From positions 1,728,001-1,792,000 of the forward strand of contig OZ242260.1 of the NCBI GenBank assembly GCA_965207065.1: 64,000 nucleotides of DNA, given 5' to 3'. The stretch is from a bacterium (GTDB lineage Bacteria > UBA8248). Below, piece by piece: positions 1 through 9,796 of the stretch (position 1 is its first letter; every line of letters begins with the position of its first letter). The notes beneath the pieces were generated by a model, which did no database searches, had not been told where the DNA came from, and was given only the letters and a program-made list of their open reading frames with translations. The position numbers and the translations under genes are program-made.

Positions 1-341
1 GTCTCGCTCCATGCGCTGGGCTGGTAGGCGGGGAGCTTGGGGAGGCCGGGCTCCTTGCCCGAGTAGGAGGTGTCGATATGTCCGCAGAAGAGGAACTCGA
101 TTCCGGTGCCGTCGCCCTGCAGGGTGCCCAGCGCGTTGAACCGATCCGTCTCGAACTCCTGGAGTCGCGAGGCGAGCCCGATAGACTCGTAGCGTTCACC
201 CAGGAAGTGGGCGATCTCGCTCTCCTCCCCCGTGGGACTCCAGATGTCGACCAGGTCCATTCCCAGCTTCTTGAGGCGCCCCTTGTCGATCGCAGCAAAG
301 ACCTTCTCTCGATGCTCGCCCATGCCCGTCGCCTGCTCCAT
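1..341 (-). CDS. M20/ArgE-DapE family metallopeptidase/deacylase, N-terminal part (runs off the window)
   Basis: Not in the ORF track; my translation is MEQATGMGEHREKVFAAIDKGRLKKLGMDLVDIWSPTGEESEIAHFL...NALGTLQGDGTGIEFLFCGHIDT. SPTGEE and GHxDT are M20 motifs; AGGAG RBS upstream. Confidence 0.8.
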   Translation of the reverse strand, partial: MEQATGMGEHREKVFAAIDKGRLKKLGMDLVDIWSPTGEESEIAHFLGERYESIGLASRLQEFETDRFNALGTLQGDGTGIEFLFCGHIDTSYSGKEPGLPKLPAYQPSAWSE

Positions 342-429
342 ATCTCGACTCCCTCTCCTGGCCGGGCCGCAGCCCGGCGAACACAGCCCGCGTAGAAATG
401 ACGGCGAAAGTGGAAACCTGCCGCGTCAA

Positions 430-538
430 ATCGAATCAATACGAACAATCGCGTTCCTGATTCGATGCCTCATCGGTCACCCGAAATCTCAAGCGCGCTT
501 TATCTTATGTATATTAGTGATTTATGTATGTTAGTGAT
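430..538. promoter_or_regulatory. Putative operator sites upstream of the M20 gene
   Basis: Inverted repeat ATCGAATCA...TGATTCGAT (430-466) and 17-bp tandem direct repeat TTATGTATRTTAGTGAT (505-521, 522-538) in an AT-rich stretch. Confidence 0.4.
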
Positions 539-606
539 CCTAGCAGATAATATGCGCAGAACAAACCACGCGCGAAGCATCTTTCCCTCCCGGAATACCG
601 GATCAT

Positions 607-835
607 GGGGGCTTTTGAAAAAGCCCCAAAGAGAGAGCGCGCTGAATTTCACTCCCCCCTTGAGGGGGAGTCAACGAGACAAGGGCGAAGCCCGCAGGCG
701 AGTTGGTGGGGGGAGCTTTTATCCGTGGCATGTCCCCCCACCGAATCGGCCTTCGCCCAAGGGCTTGGCCTCTTCGACTCCCCCTCAAGGGGGGAGTGGT
801 TTGGTTCGACCCGCAAGGTCTTTTTCAACGCTCCC
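607..835. mobile_element. MITE-like element (family A) with GGGGYTGTTGAAAAAG-type ends and a palindromic CACTCCCCCCTTGAGGG...CCCTCAAGGGGGGAGTG core
   Basis: Ends GGGGCTTTTGAAAAAGCC and GGTCTTTTTCAACGCTCCC; core inverted repeat 650-798; the core recurs at 6 other full-length sites in the window. Confidence 0.7.
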
Positions 836-875
836 TTGAGGGAAAGGCAATGTCTTGCCGCTTCAGGTGGACGGG

Positions 876-1082
876 CCCTTCGATACGCGGCTTCGCCGCT
901 ACTCAGGGTGAGGAAAGAGGCGTTGACGGTTTGTGGAGGTCGCAGACGGGGACATCGTTTTTACCCCCAGATAAGGGGGCCAGGGGGGTTGGTTTCAAGC
1001 CGAGGGAGGGCGAATGAAGCATGATACCCTCCGAACCCCTCATCCCGAGTAGGCGCGCTTGCGCGCCGTATCGAGGGAGCGC
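876..1082. repeat. REP-like palindromes, family B (CCCTTCGATACG...TACTCAGG and its inverse)
   Basis: CCCTTCGATACGCGGCTTCGCCGCTACTCAGG at ~876 and GAGTAGGCGCGCTTGCGCGCCGTATCGAGGG at ~1047; near-identical pair at 61300-61400 and related copies at ~9600-9740. Confidence 0.65.
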
Positions 1083-1118
1083 CCGGCTCCGCCGCCGGGC
1101 AGTGCGAGGTTTCTTTTC

Positions 1119-2390
1119 TCAATCCGGGATGTAGGCCGCAAGCGACGCCAGGATCCGGCATCCGGGCACGGGCATCGGCGTAGCGGTCTGCGCGCTCATG
1201 TTCACCGGCGGCGCGTCCGTGAATGCGCCGCCCCATACTTCGAATGCGCCGTGCAGATCGCTCATGTCGTGGAACACGGTCTGGCTTCTGACGACGTCGG
1301 AGAGGCTGCCTCCCGCCGCGCGGCAGATGGCGTCCGCGTTCTCGAGTATGTATTCGGTCTGGAGTCTGATCGGCGAGGAATGCCAGGGGAGCCCGGGGTT
1401 CACGCGAACCTCGGGCGCAAGGCCGCTTTCGCCTGCGGCGATTTGCGTCGAGAGCCAGAGATACGGGCCCGTCTTGACGGCGTGCGGCTCATGGAAGAGG
1501 GGAGGCGGAGCGTCGGGCGACATAATCGTTCGGCGCTCAAGTCCGCCGTCCGGGCGCAGGGAGACGGAACTGACCTCGATGCGGGAGCCGCCGATGGCCA
1601 GATCGTCGCAGGGAATGACGCTGCGCGCGGGCGGGTCGTCTGCAAAGAACTCGCGCCACACGTGATCGACCGCCGGAAGATCCTCCATGTGGGTGAGATA
1701 AACCGAAGTCTGAACGATGTTCTCGAGGTCGAGGCCCAGTTCGTTCAGCACCTTCTGTTTGGTGCGGAGGATGTACTCGGTCTGACGCTTGATGGCGGAC
1801 TGGTGCCAGAATGTCGGGTCGACGCGGGCGTCGGGATGAATCCCGGTCGCGTAATCGGTGGCGATCATGCCCGGCATGAGCACGAAAGGCCCGGCGGACA
1901 TGGCCGCAGGGTAGCCGGTCAGGGAGCCGGGCACGATTTCGAGGTCGTGCGTTTGTTTTTTCCATCCCGACTCAGGTCTGAGCGCGAACCCGTCGCATGC
2001 GATGAGCGCATCGGGCACTTCCAGGCCTTTCGCCACCACCCGCGTGCTGGTCGGGTGCGCCTTGGACATATAGCTTTGCCTCGTCGCGGAATACCACGCG
2101 GCCTGCTCGCGGCCGGTGATGAACTGCTCGATGCGGATCAGGTCCTCGAACCCGAGACCCGCGCTTTCGAGTATCTCCCCCATCCGCTGGAGTATCACAT
2201 GGGTCTGCCGCGCCATCGGCGGCGGGCCGGCGAACGGATTCTCGGGGTCCACGGCGGCCTCAGGCGCGACGCCGGTGGCGTAGTCCGTCGCTATTTGTCC
2301 GGCGAAGAAGAGCAGGTGTTCGGTCTCGATCGCTTCTGACTGCGCTTTCGGGGAGGCCGGGCAGTCTCCTGGAACGATCACGCGCTTCAT
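1119..2390 (-). CDS. RidA/YjgF/YER057c/UK114 family protein with three tandem domains
   Basis: Three repeats of GQIA/GMIA/TQIA...QTxxIL...L.D(L/I/V)(I/V)...P(T/A/P) pattern. Start set at MKRVIV with AGGAG RBS (the track start at 2648 overlaps the GNAT gene). Confidence 0.85.
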   Translation of the reverse strand: MKRVIVPGDCPASPKAQSEAIETEHLLFFAGQIATDYATGVAPEAAVDPENPFAGPPPMARQTHVILQRMGEILESAGLGFEDLIRIEQFITGREQAAWYSATRQSYMSKAHPTSTRVVAKGLEVPDALIACDGFALRPESGWKKQTHDLEIVPGSLTGYPAAMSAGPFVLMPGMIATDYATGIHPDARVDPTFWHQSAIKRQTEYILRTKQKVLNELGLDLENIVQTSVYLTHMEDLPAVDHVWREFFADDPPARSVIPCDDLAIGGSRIEVSSVSLRPDGGLERRTIMSPDAPPPLFHEPHAVKTGPYLWLSTQIAAGESGLAPEVRVNPGLPWHSSPIRLQTEYILENADAICRAAGGSLSDVVRSQTVFHDMSDLHGAFEVWGGAFTDAPPVNMSAQTATPMPVPGCRILASLAAYIPD

Positions 2391-2577
2391 GGTGTCTCCT
2401 CGAATGGATCTTGTGAAAATCCATATTACCACGCCGCAGACGTGCGCGACACGGCACCGGGCGCGGCCTATATGGCGGGCAGCGCTCATCCCGTGTATAT
2501 ACTCCGGCATCCGACCGCCGCGCGCCGGGAACGCCCCGCTCGCGGAATCCAGGGCTTGACGATAACGGGGAGCGCCT

Positions 2578-3126
2578 ATGCCTGTGATGGCCGATTCGAA
2601 AGCGGAGCCGCTCGTCCGCGACGCCACGGAAGTCGACCTGCCCGCCATCTGCGAAATTTACGCCCATCACGTGCTGCACGGGACGGCCTCGTTCGAGGAG
2701 CAGCCTCCTGATGTCGAGGAGATGCGCCGCCGCTTCCGCGCCGCAAGGGAGAGGGGCCTCCCCTGGTTCGTCGCGGAGGTCGAAGGCGTCGTGCGGGGTT
2801 ACGCTTACGCGGCGCCTTACCACCAAAGGCCCGCCTACCGCCATACCGTCGAAAACTCGGTCTACGTCGATGGCGGCGCCTTGCGCCGGGGCCTCGGTGC
2901 GGCGCTGCTCGACAGGCTGGTCGATTCATGCGCTCAATCGGGCTTGCGCCAGATGGTCGCCGTCATCGGCGACTCGGCGAATGCGGCTTCCGTCAAGTTG
3001 CACGAGCGAGCCGGCTTCCGGCTCGCGGGCGTCCTTCAATCGGTCGGCTTCAAGCACGGCCGATGGCTCGACTGCGTGATCATGCAACGCACTCTCGGCG
3101 AGGGTGACGAGACTTCCCCCGCCTGA
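2578..3126 (+). CDS. GNAT N-acetyltransferase, phosphinothricin/methionine-sulfoximine (Pat/YncA) type
   Basis: IYAHHVLHGTASFEE, TVENSVYV, GLGAALL, N.ASVKLHE..GF, VGFKHGRWLD motifs. Confidence 0.9.
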   Translation: MPVMADSKAEPLVRDATEVDLPAICEIYAHHVLHGTASFEEQPPDVEEMRRRFRAARERGLPWFVAEVEGVVRGYAYAAPYHQRPAYRHTVENSVYVDGGALRRGLGAALLDRLVDSCAQSGLRQMVAVIGDSANAASVKLHERAGFRLAGVLQSVGFKHGRWLDCVIMQRTLGEGDETSPA

Positions 3127-3499
3127 ACCGCGCCGCGGGAATATCGAGCGGCGCGCCCCAAAACCACGATCTCCGGTTCCGCTCATCGAGACGAAGGCGC
3201 GTTTCCCCGAATTTCCCTTCCGCGCGGGTTCGGGGGGCTTTTCACCCCTCCCCGGTCGCGTCAAGCACACCCTCCCCGGTCGGGTTGAACGCTCATTCAT
3301 CAATCGCGTTTAATCCCCAACATCCTCAGGTTCTGTTACACCCCGCCCCGGTTGAATGCCGCCGCCGATGATTCGATCATGTAATAGGCGTGTGCGATAA
3401 TTATGTAGTATCATGTAATATATATATTGTATTTGGTATATAGCAGATTTTCCGTACACTGGACGAACAGCGCAGATACCCGAATGCGGCATCCGGGGT

Positions 3500-3631
3500 C
3501 CGAATCGTGTCCGCACTTTCGTCAAGCAGCTGCGCCGAAAGCTCGGCGACGACTCCGCCCGCCCGACCTATATCCTGAACGTACGGGGCGTCGGCTACCG
3601 CATGGAGAGGCCGGGCGCCGGGAGCGAATAA
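3500..3631 (+). pseudogene. Remnant C-terminus of an OmpR/KdpE-type winged-helix response regulator
   Basis: Frame reads PNRVRTFVKQLRRKLGDDSARPTYILNVRGVGYRMERPGAGSE* with no in-frame start; stop is 1 nt before the ABC ATPase ATG. Confidence 0.75.
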
Positions 3632-3632
3632 G

Positions 3633-4328
<696 letters not shown>

Positions 4329-4330
4329 CC

Positions 4331-5521
4331 GTGGTCTTGAAAGCCAACGCCAAAGAGGCGTTCGTTAGCCTCTACGCCTCGAAGCAGCGCAGCCTTCTCG
4401 CGTTGATCGGCATCGTGATCGGCATCGGCTCGGTCATCGGCATGGTCTCGGTCGGGGAGATCGCCAAGCACCAGGCGCTGAAGCAGTTCCGGGAGCTCGG
4501 CACCGAGTTTCTCACCATTTCGGCCAGATCGAGGGGGTCGAGATCGGGCTCCCCGCCCAGTATCCGCCTGTCGGACGCCTTGGCGCTGCCCGAGGAGACC
4601 TCGTCCATCCGGGCGACCGCCCCGTGGATCCAGGGCCACGGGCAGGCCGTCTATGGCGGGAAGAAGATCGCGGACGCTTCGGTCCTGGGGGTTACCGAGT
4701 CGTTCACCACCATCAACAAGTTGCGCATCGAGCGTGGCCGCAGCGTCTCGGACCTGGATTACCGCCGCTACTACTGCGTCATCGGGGCGAACATCGCCAC
4801 CGCCCTGCGGCGCGCCGGCGCGAAACGCCTGGTCGGGGAATCGATCCGGCTGAACGACCGCCTCTGCGCGATCATGGGGGTGCTCCGCAACTCCCCGAGG
4901 TGGGGCCTGCAGTCGTTCAACGCCAACAGGTCGATCCTGATTCCCCTGTCCACGGCGCAGCGCATGTACCCCGGGCGGGGCATCCGGCGGATCACCGCCC
5001 GCATGAAAGCGCAAGCGCAGCACAAGGCGGCGACCGAGGAGGTGCGGAGCTATTTCCGCCGCAAGGCGCCGGGTATCGGGATCAGGGTGCGCAGCGCCCA
5101 GAGGGTGATCGAGCAGATGCAGCGCCAGATGCAGACGTTCGCCCTGCTGCTGGCCGCGATAGGCAGCATCTCGCTGATCGTCGGAGGGATCGGGGTGATG
5201 AACGTCATGCTGGTCTCGGTAAGCGAGCGGCGCAAGGAGATCGGGATCAGACGGGCGCTCGGCGCGCGCCGCTTCGACATCCAGAGCCAGTTCCTGACCG
5301 AATCCCTCATCCTGTCGCTGATTGGCGGGGTGTTCGGCATCGGACTCGGCGTGGGCGGCACCTGGGTATTCTGCCGGTTCACGAACTGGACGTTCCTGGT
5401 CGATCCGGCCGCCGTGGCCATGGGGTTCGTCGTGGCCTGCGGCATCGGCGTCTTCTTCGGGCTCCAGCCCGCCGTCCAGGCCGCGCGGCTCGACCCCATC
5501 GAAGCACTGAGAGCGGGCTAG
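4331..5521 (+). CDS. ABC transporter permease, MacB/FtsX type
   Basis: RSLLALIGIVIGIGSV TM1, large periplasmic domain, ISLIVGGIGVMNVMLVSVSERRKEIGIRRALGA, PA..AARLDPIEAL. Confidence 0.95.
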   Translation: MVLKANAKEAFVSLYASKQRSLLALIGIVIGIGSVIGMVSVGEIAKHQALKQFRELGTEFLTISARSRGSRSGSPPSIRLSDALALPEETSSIRATAPWIQGHGQAVYGGKKIADASVLGVTESFTTINKLRIERGRSVSDLDYRRYYCVIGANIATALRRAGAKRLVGESIRLNDRLCAIMGVLRNSPRWGLQSFNANRSILIPLSTAQRMYPGRGIRRITARMKAQAQHKAATEEVRSYFRRKAPGIGIRVRSAQRVIEQMQRQMQTFALLLAAIGSISLIVGGIGVMNVMLVSVSERRKEIGIRRALGARRFDIQSQFLTESLILSLIGGVFGIGLGVGGTWVFCRFTNWTFLVDPAAVAMGFVVACGIGVFFGLQPAVQAARLDPIEALRAG

Positions 5522-5618
5522 CGCGGGTATCGGCGGTCCGTTGAACGCCGGAAGGCTGGGCCGCGGCGGTCCGGGAGACCGCATTACGGGGAACCGGGGT
5601 CCGGCCCTACGAACCGCC

Positions 5619-7463
5619 TTACAGGCTGGAGACGATCACCTCGTCTCCGGCCTTGAGCCCGCTCACGATCTCCACTTTGTTCAGGGTCGTCGCGCCGATT
5701 TCCACGGGAACACGCCGCACCGTTTCGTCTTCCTTGCTCCAGAGCCCGACCCAGTGCTTCCCCTGCTTTCCCTTCACTGCAGCCAGCGGCACGAGCAACG
5801 CCTTGGGCTCGTCCCGCACTACGACGACCACGTTCGCCGACATGCCCAGACGCAACCGTCGGCGAATCTCCTCGGAGACGCCGTCGATGACCGCCTTCAC
5901 CTCGTAGGTCGGCACTTTCCTTCCTCCGCTTCCCTTCGACTGCGAGGAGATGCGCTCGAGCTTCCCCTCCAGTTCGAGATCGGAGAACGCATCGCCGCTG
6001 ATCCGCACGCGCTGGCCCGGACGCAGACGCACCACGTCCACTTCGTCGACTGCCCCGGCAACCGACAGCCCGTCCAGGTCGCCCAGGGTCAGCAGATAGC
6101 CTCCCTCGCTCACCGTTCGTCCCGGCGCCAGCGGCTCCCCGTCGTTCCCTTCTCCTTTGCCCTGTTTCCCCCCGCCTCCGGGTTCGAGAACGATCCCCGA
6201 CACCGGCGCGTGGACGACCGCGTTCTTGATCGTCGCCTCGAGTTCCCGCATCCGCTCTTCGGCGTTATCGAGCTTGAGCCGGGCGATCTGCAGCGCGTCC
6301 GCGTCCGCCTTGGCCTGCGCCGCCTCCAGCGACTGGAGCGCCGCCTCGTGGTTCAGTTGCTGGGCGTTATACTGGCGCCGGGAAGCCTCATGTTCCGACG
6401 CCGGTATGATCCCCTTGTCGAGAAGCAGGGCCGTTTCGGCGATCTTGTTCTTGCGCGCATCGAGCTCGAGCCTGGACCGCACCACCGCGCGCCGCACGCG
6501 GGCCATCTCGGGGCTGTTCTCCCAATTCTCCAGTTCCCTCAGCCTGTCGCGCGCCTCGAGATAGTCGGCCCGCCCCGAACGGTACTGCCGCTCGTTCTTG
6601 GCGGTATCCAGTTCAACCAGCGGCGCGCCGGCCGAGACGCGGCCCCCGTACTCGAACAGCACCCGGGCCACCTTGCCCGAGATCGGGCTCGTCACCCGCA
6701 CCTCCTTCCGGGGCGCCAGCCGCCCGACGAACGAGAGCGTCATCTTGAACGGCCGCGGCGCGACGGTGACGGTCACCACATCCTCCGCATCCGTCGGCGC
6801 CGCCGACACTTTCGCGATTTCGGCCTGCAGCGATGCCCCCGTCTCGTCCCAGACGTACCATGCGGCGCCCCCGAACAGGACGGCGACGAGAACCATGGCG
6901 GCCCACCGCACCACCGCCACCTTCTTCAGCACCGAGCTCAGGGCCTTGTTCTTGTCTTCAATCTCGCGAAAGGCGTCGCGGAGCCTGACGTTCTGCTCCT
7001 CCGTCGACGCGGCGAACTCCTGCTCGGCCTTCCGCAGCGCCTCGATCTCGGTGATGTCGTTGAACACGGCGACGATGCCGATCCGCCGGGTTTCCCCGTC
7101 CTTGTGGTCGACCAGGTAGGAGGTCGTGACGGCGAGAGACCGCTCCGTACCGTCATCGAGGCGCACGCGAACCGTGGAGCGGGTCCCGACCGCTCTGTCG
7201 TAGACCGCCGCGAGCACGGTATCGCTGAATTCCTCCAGCCCGTCGAGATGGAGGAAGACCTCGGCGAACGCCTTCGACTCGACGTCGGCGCGGGCCAGCC
7301 CGAGCAGACGCGAAGCGGCGGGGTTGGCGATCCCGATGCGGCCGCCGGAATCGATGGTCATGACCCCGTCGTTCATGCTTTCCAGCACGTTGCGGTGAAG
7401 CAGCGAGTCCCGCGCCGCGCCCGCGCCGCCCCCCTCCGGGGGCGGGGATGCTTCGGTCATCAT
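5619..7463 (-). CDS. Periplasmic adaptor (MacA/HlyD-type membrane fusion protein) with an N-terminal cytoplasmic PAS domain
   Basis: N-terminal VLESMNDGVMTID..GRI..ANPAA..LLG...VAVFNDITE (PAS), then coiled coil, one TM, VTSPISGKV/VHAPVSGIV lipoyl halves, helical hairpin, LRLGMSANV, GLKAGDEVI. Confidence 0.9.
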   Translation of the reverse strand: MMTEASPPPEGGGAGAARDSLLHRNVLESMNDGVMTIDSGGRIGIANPAASRLLGLARADVESKAFAEVFLHLDGLEEFSDTVLAAVYDRAVGTRSTVRVRLDDGTERSLAVTTSYLVDHKDGETRRIGIVAVFNDITEIEALRKAEQEFAASTEEQNVRLRDAFREIEDKNKALSSVLKKVAVVRWAAMVLVAVLFGGAAWYVWDETGASLQAEIAKVSAAPTDAEDVVTVTVAPRPFKMTLSFVGRLAPRKEVRVTSPISGKVARVLFEYGGRVSAGAPLVELDTAKNERQYRSGRADYLEARDRLRELENWENSPEMARVRRAVVRSRLELDARKNKIAETALLLDKGIIPASEHEASRRQYNAQQLNHEAALQSLEAAQAKADADALQIARLKLDNAEERMRELEATIKNAVVHAPVSGIVLEPGGGGKQGKGEGNDGEPLAPGRTVSEGGYLLTLGDLDGLSVAGAVDEVDVVRLRPGQRVRISGDAFSDLELEGKLERISSQSKGSGGRKVPTYEVKAVIDGVSEEIRRRLRLGMSANVVVVVRDEPKALLVPLAAVKGKQGKHWVGLWSKEDETVRRVPVEIGATTLNKVEIVSGLKAGDEVIVSSL

Positions 7464-8968
7464 TTGTCCACCCCCCCGTCGACCGACGACTCGAACTCAA
7501 TCCGCCAGGTATCGAGCGTCGTCCCCAGCGTCCGGTCGAGCGACGTCAAAGCGTTGAGATACCCGATGACGGCTCCGACTTCACTGTTCTGGCTCCTGAC
7601 GAGGTCGTCCTCGAACCGGACCACGCGGAAGTTCGTGGTCAAGCCGGCGTGCAGCTTGACCTGCTCGATCTCGAGCTTCCGCTCGGTCAGCTCCCTGGCC
7701 CGACGGGCGAGCTCCGCGCGCCGGAACCGCACCTTGACGTCGTGCAGGGCGGCCCGCACATCGACCTCAATCGACTGGCGCAGCTCCGCGACCCGCAAGT
7801 GCGATCGCCGCAGGGCGAGCCTCGCCCTCTCGTAGCTGCGCTGCCGGGCGTCCGCGTTCGCTCCCACGGGGATGTCCACACTGAGCCCCGCCCCGTAGTT
7901 GTCGTCGAACCGGCGGTAGGCCTCCGAAAACGAGCGCCCGCTGTGTCCGAGCCTCGCAGACACGGAGAGGTCCAGGCCCCACTTGCGCGCGTTGTCGGCC
8001 AGCTTGAGAGCGTTCTCGGCGTTCTCGACGCCCAGCTGCGCCTGGAGATAGTCGGTACGGTTTTGCAGCGCCAGATGCACGGCGCGGTCGGCCTCGTGCT
8101 TCGCCTCCTCCATGCGCAACGGCTCCGTCAGCCGGATACGGGTCCGGCTGTCGATTTCCAGGATATTGATCAGGGCCAGGCGGGCGTCGTTCAGCGCGCC
8201 CTCCGCTTCGGTCAGGCCGAGCTCGCGCTCCGCGATATTCGCCTCGGTCTGTACGATATCCTGCCTGGCCATCCTGCCGGTCTCGATAAGGATCCGGTTC
8301 ACCTCCAGCAGTTCGCGGGCCCGCTGTACCGAGCGTTTGGCGATCTCCACCGCGCGCGTCGAACGGATGACGTTCCGGTAGGCGAGGACCGTCCGGGTGA
8401 CGAGCCCGATGACCGCCGACTTGAAGCCGAGGATGCTGCTCTGTTCCGCGCGCCGGGCCGTCACGACCCCGGAGGAGCCGACCTCGGTTCCGCCGCCCCT
8501 CAGCAACGGCTGGTTAAACTCGATCACCACGCTCTGGGCGTAGCGGTTGGCGATGTCCGCGCTCGTCACCCTGTTGTCCGCGCTCAGGGTGAAATTCCCC
8601 CCGGTGGGGATGCGCAGCGTCACCCGGGGCGAGACACTGATGGTGGAGGTGTCCTCGCGTCCGAGTGGGGACCCCGTCGAGTCCTGGTCCAGGGACAGGC
8701 CAAGCGAGGGAGACGGGCGGAACTCATCCTCGGCGTCCTGAAGGGACAGCTTCTGCGCCAGCCTGTCGAGACGGCCGGCGGCGAGATCCCGATTGTTCCG
8801 GACGGCCAGTGCGATGCATTCGGCCAACGTCAGCTCCCGTTCCAGCGAAGCGCTCGCGGGCTCGGCCGCGCCGCAAAATCCCAGCGCAAGGGCCGCCAGG
8901 ACGAAATACAGACCCAGCACCCGTTTGCCGAAGCGATCGGTCCCGACCTGGTATCCGAATCGGAGCAC
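7460..8968 (-). CDS. TolC-family outer membrane efflux protein
   Basis: LTLAECIALAVRNNRDL, QPLLRGGG, two helical repeats, EQVKLHAGLTTNFRV. GTG start with GGAGG RBS; ATGA overlap with the adaptor gene. Confidence 0.9.
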   Translation of the reverse strand: MLRFGYQVGTDRFGKRVLGLYFVLAALALGFCGAAEPASASLERELTLAECIALAVRNNRDLAAGRLDRLAQKLSLQDAEDEFRPSPSLGLSLDQDSTGSPLGREDTSTISVSPRVTLRIPTGGNFTLSADNRVTSADIANRYAQSVVIEFNQPLLRGGGTEVGSSGVVTARRAEQSSILGFKSAVIGLVTRTVLAYRNVIRSTRAVEIAKRSVQRARELLEVNRILIETGRMARQDIVQTEANIAERELGLTEAEGALNDARLALINILEIDSRTRIRLTEPLRMEEAKHEADRAVHLALQNRTDYLQAQLGVENAENALKLADNARKWGLDLSVSARLGHSGRSFSEAYRRFDDNYGAGLSVDIPVGANADARQRSYERARLALRRSHLRVAELRQSIEVDVRAALHDVKVRFRRAELARRARELTERKLEIEQVKLHAGLTTNFRVVRFEDDLVRSQNSEVGAVIGYLNALTSLDRTLGTTLDTWRIEFESSVDGGVDK

Positions 8969-9146
8969 TGTCTCGCGCCTCCTCGAGCCGCCAACACGGT
9001 AACGGTAAACCAGAATATCGCCGGCCCGATTCGTTTCATCATGCCGCCCTTTCCGTGAAGCAGGAATCCGACCAGGGCAGGCCGACACCATCGTTCGTGG
9101 TGAGGCTCGAAACCGAACTCCCGTCGCCGTTCCCCGCCGGCGCGCT

Positions 9147-9300
9147 TCAGGCCGATGCGTTCAGCGTGAATTCGGTCCGCCGCCAAACGACGCCGTGCTT
9201 CATGAACCGTCCTACGTGTCCTGTCCGCGCTTCGCCGGGAATCCGGATGCGCGCATGGCTTTCCTCTCCCGTCATTGCGGATGAATCCGTCTCGACGAAC
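9147..9300 (-). pseudogene. Collapsed ninth copy of the array gene (leader plus last codons only)
   Basis: Keeps the array leader (CGTCGAGACGGATTCATCCGC.ATGACGGGAGAGG) and the 3' end VWRRTEFTLNASA*; the coding body is missing. Confidence 0.75.
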
Positions 9301-9796
9301 CGATCTCGTGCGTCATGAATATTATCGAATCGATGCGTACTGCCCTCTACAAGCTATTATATTACCAATATATAACAATAAACAAGAAGCCCCCGGGTGA
9401 ATTCCGGGGGTTCCGATTTTTCCCCGGGTGCGGGACCGCCGCAGCCGCGCAGGGGCATCCGTCGAACCCTCCCCGGTCGGGGTTGTCTCCTCCCATGTCG
9501 TTTTGTCGTGAGCCTGATGCAGGGGACGACCCCTCGTCAGGTAGGTGTTTCCCCCTCAAGGGGGGAGTGATTTTTCACCCTCATCGGTTGAGAGCGCCCC
9601 TTCGACAGGCCCAGGAATGCAGCCCCTCCTTCCTCAGTCGGGGCTGACCTTCGATACGCGGCTTCGCCGCAACTGAATGTGAGGGAAGTGGGGGTCGGCG
9701 GAGCCAGCCCCGAGCGAAGTCGAGGGGCCGCTGCTCAGGGTGAGGAAAGTGGGGGGCGTCGCATATACCTGGCTGCCCTGACCCCGACGGCGCGCT

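Noticed and set aside
465-1024. Short ORFs containing HSPLEG/TPPLRG/PPQGGS (also at 11.6, 14.7, 38.0-38.8, 52.3, 61.2-61.9 kb)
   Set aside because: Translations of the family A palindrome, not genes.
5541-9058. Long plus-strand ORFs 5541-7835 and 7448-9058 (likewise 1059-2339, 3815-5584, 47707-49098, 58685-60352, 62194-63954)
   Set aside because: Antisense shadows of well-supported genes in high-GC DNA; no motifs.
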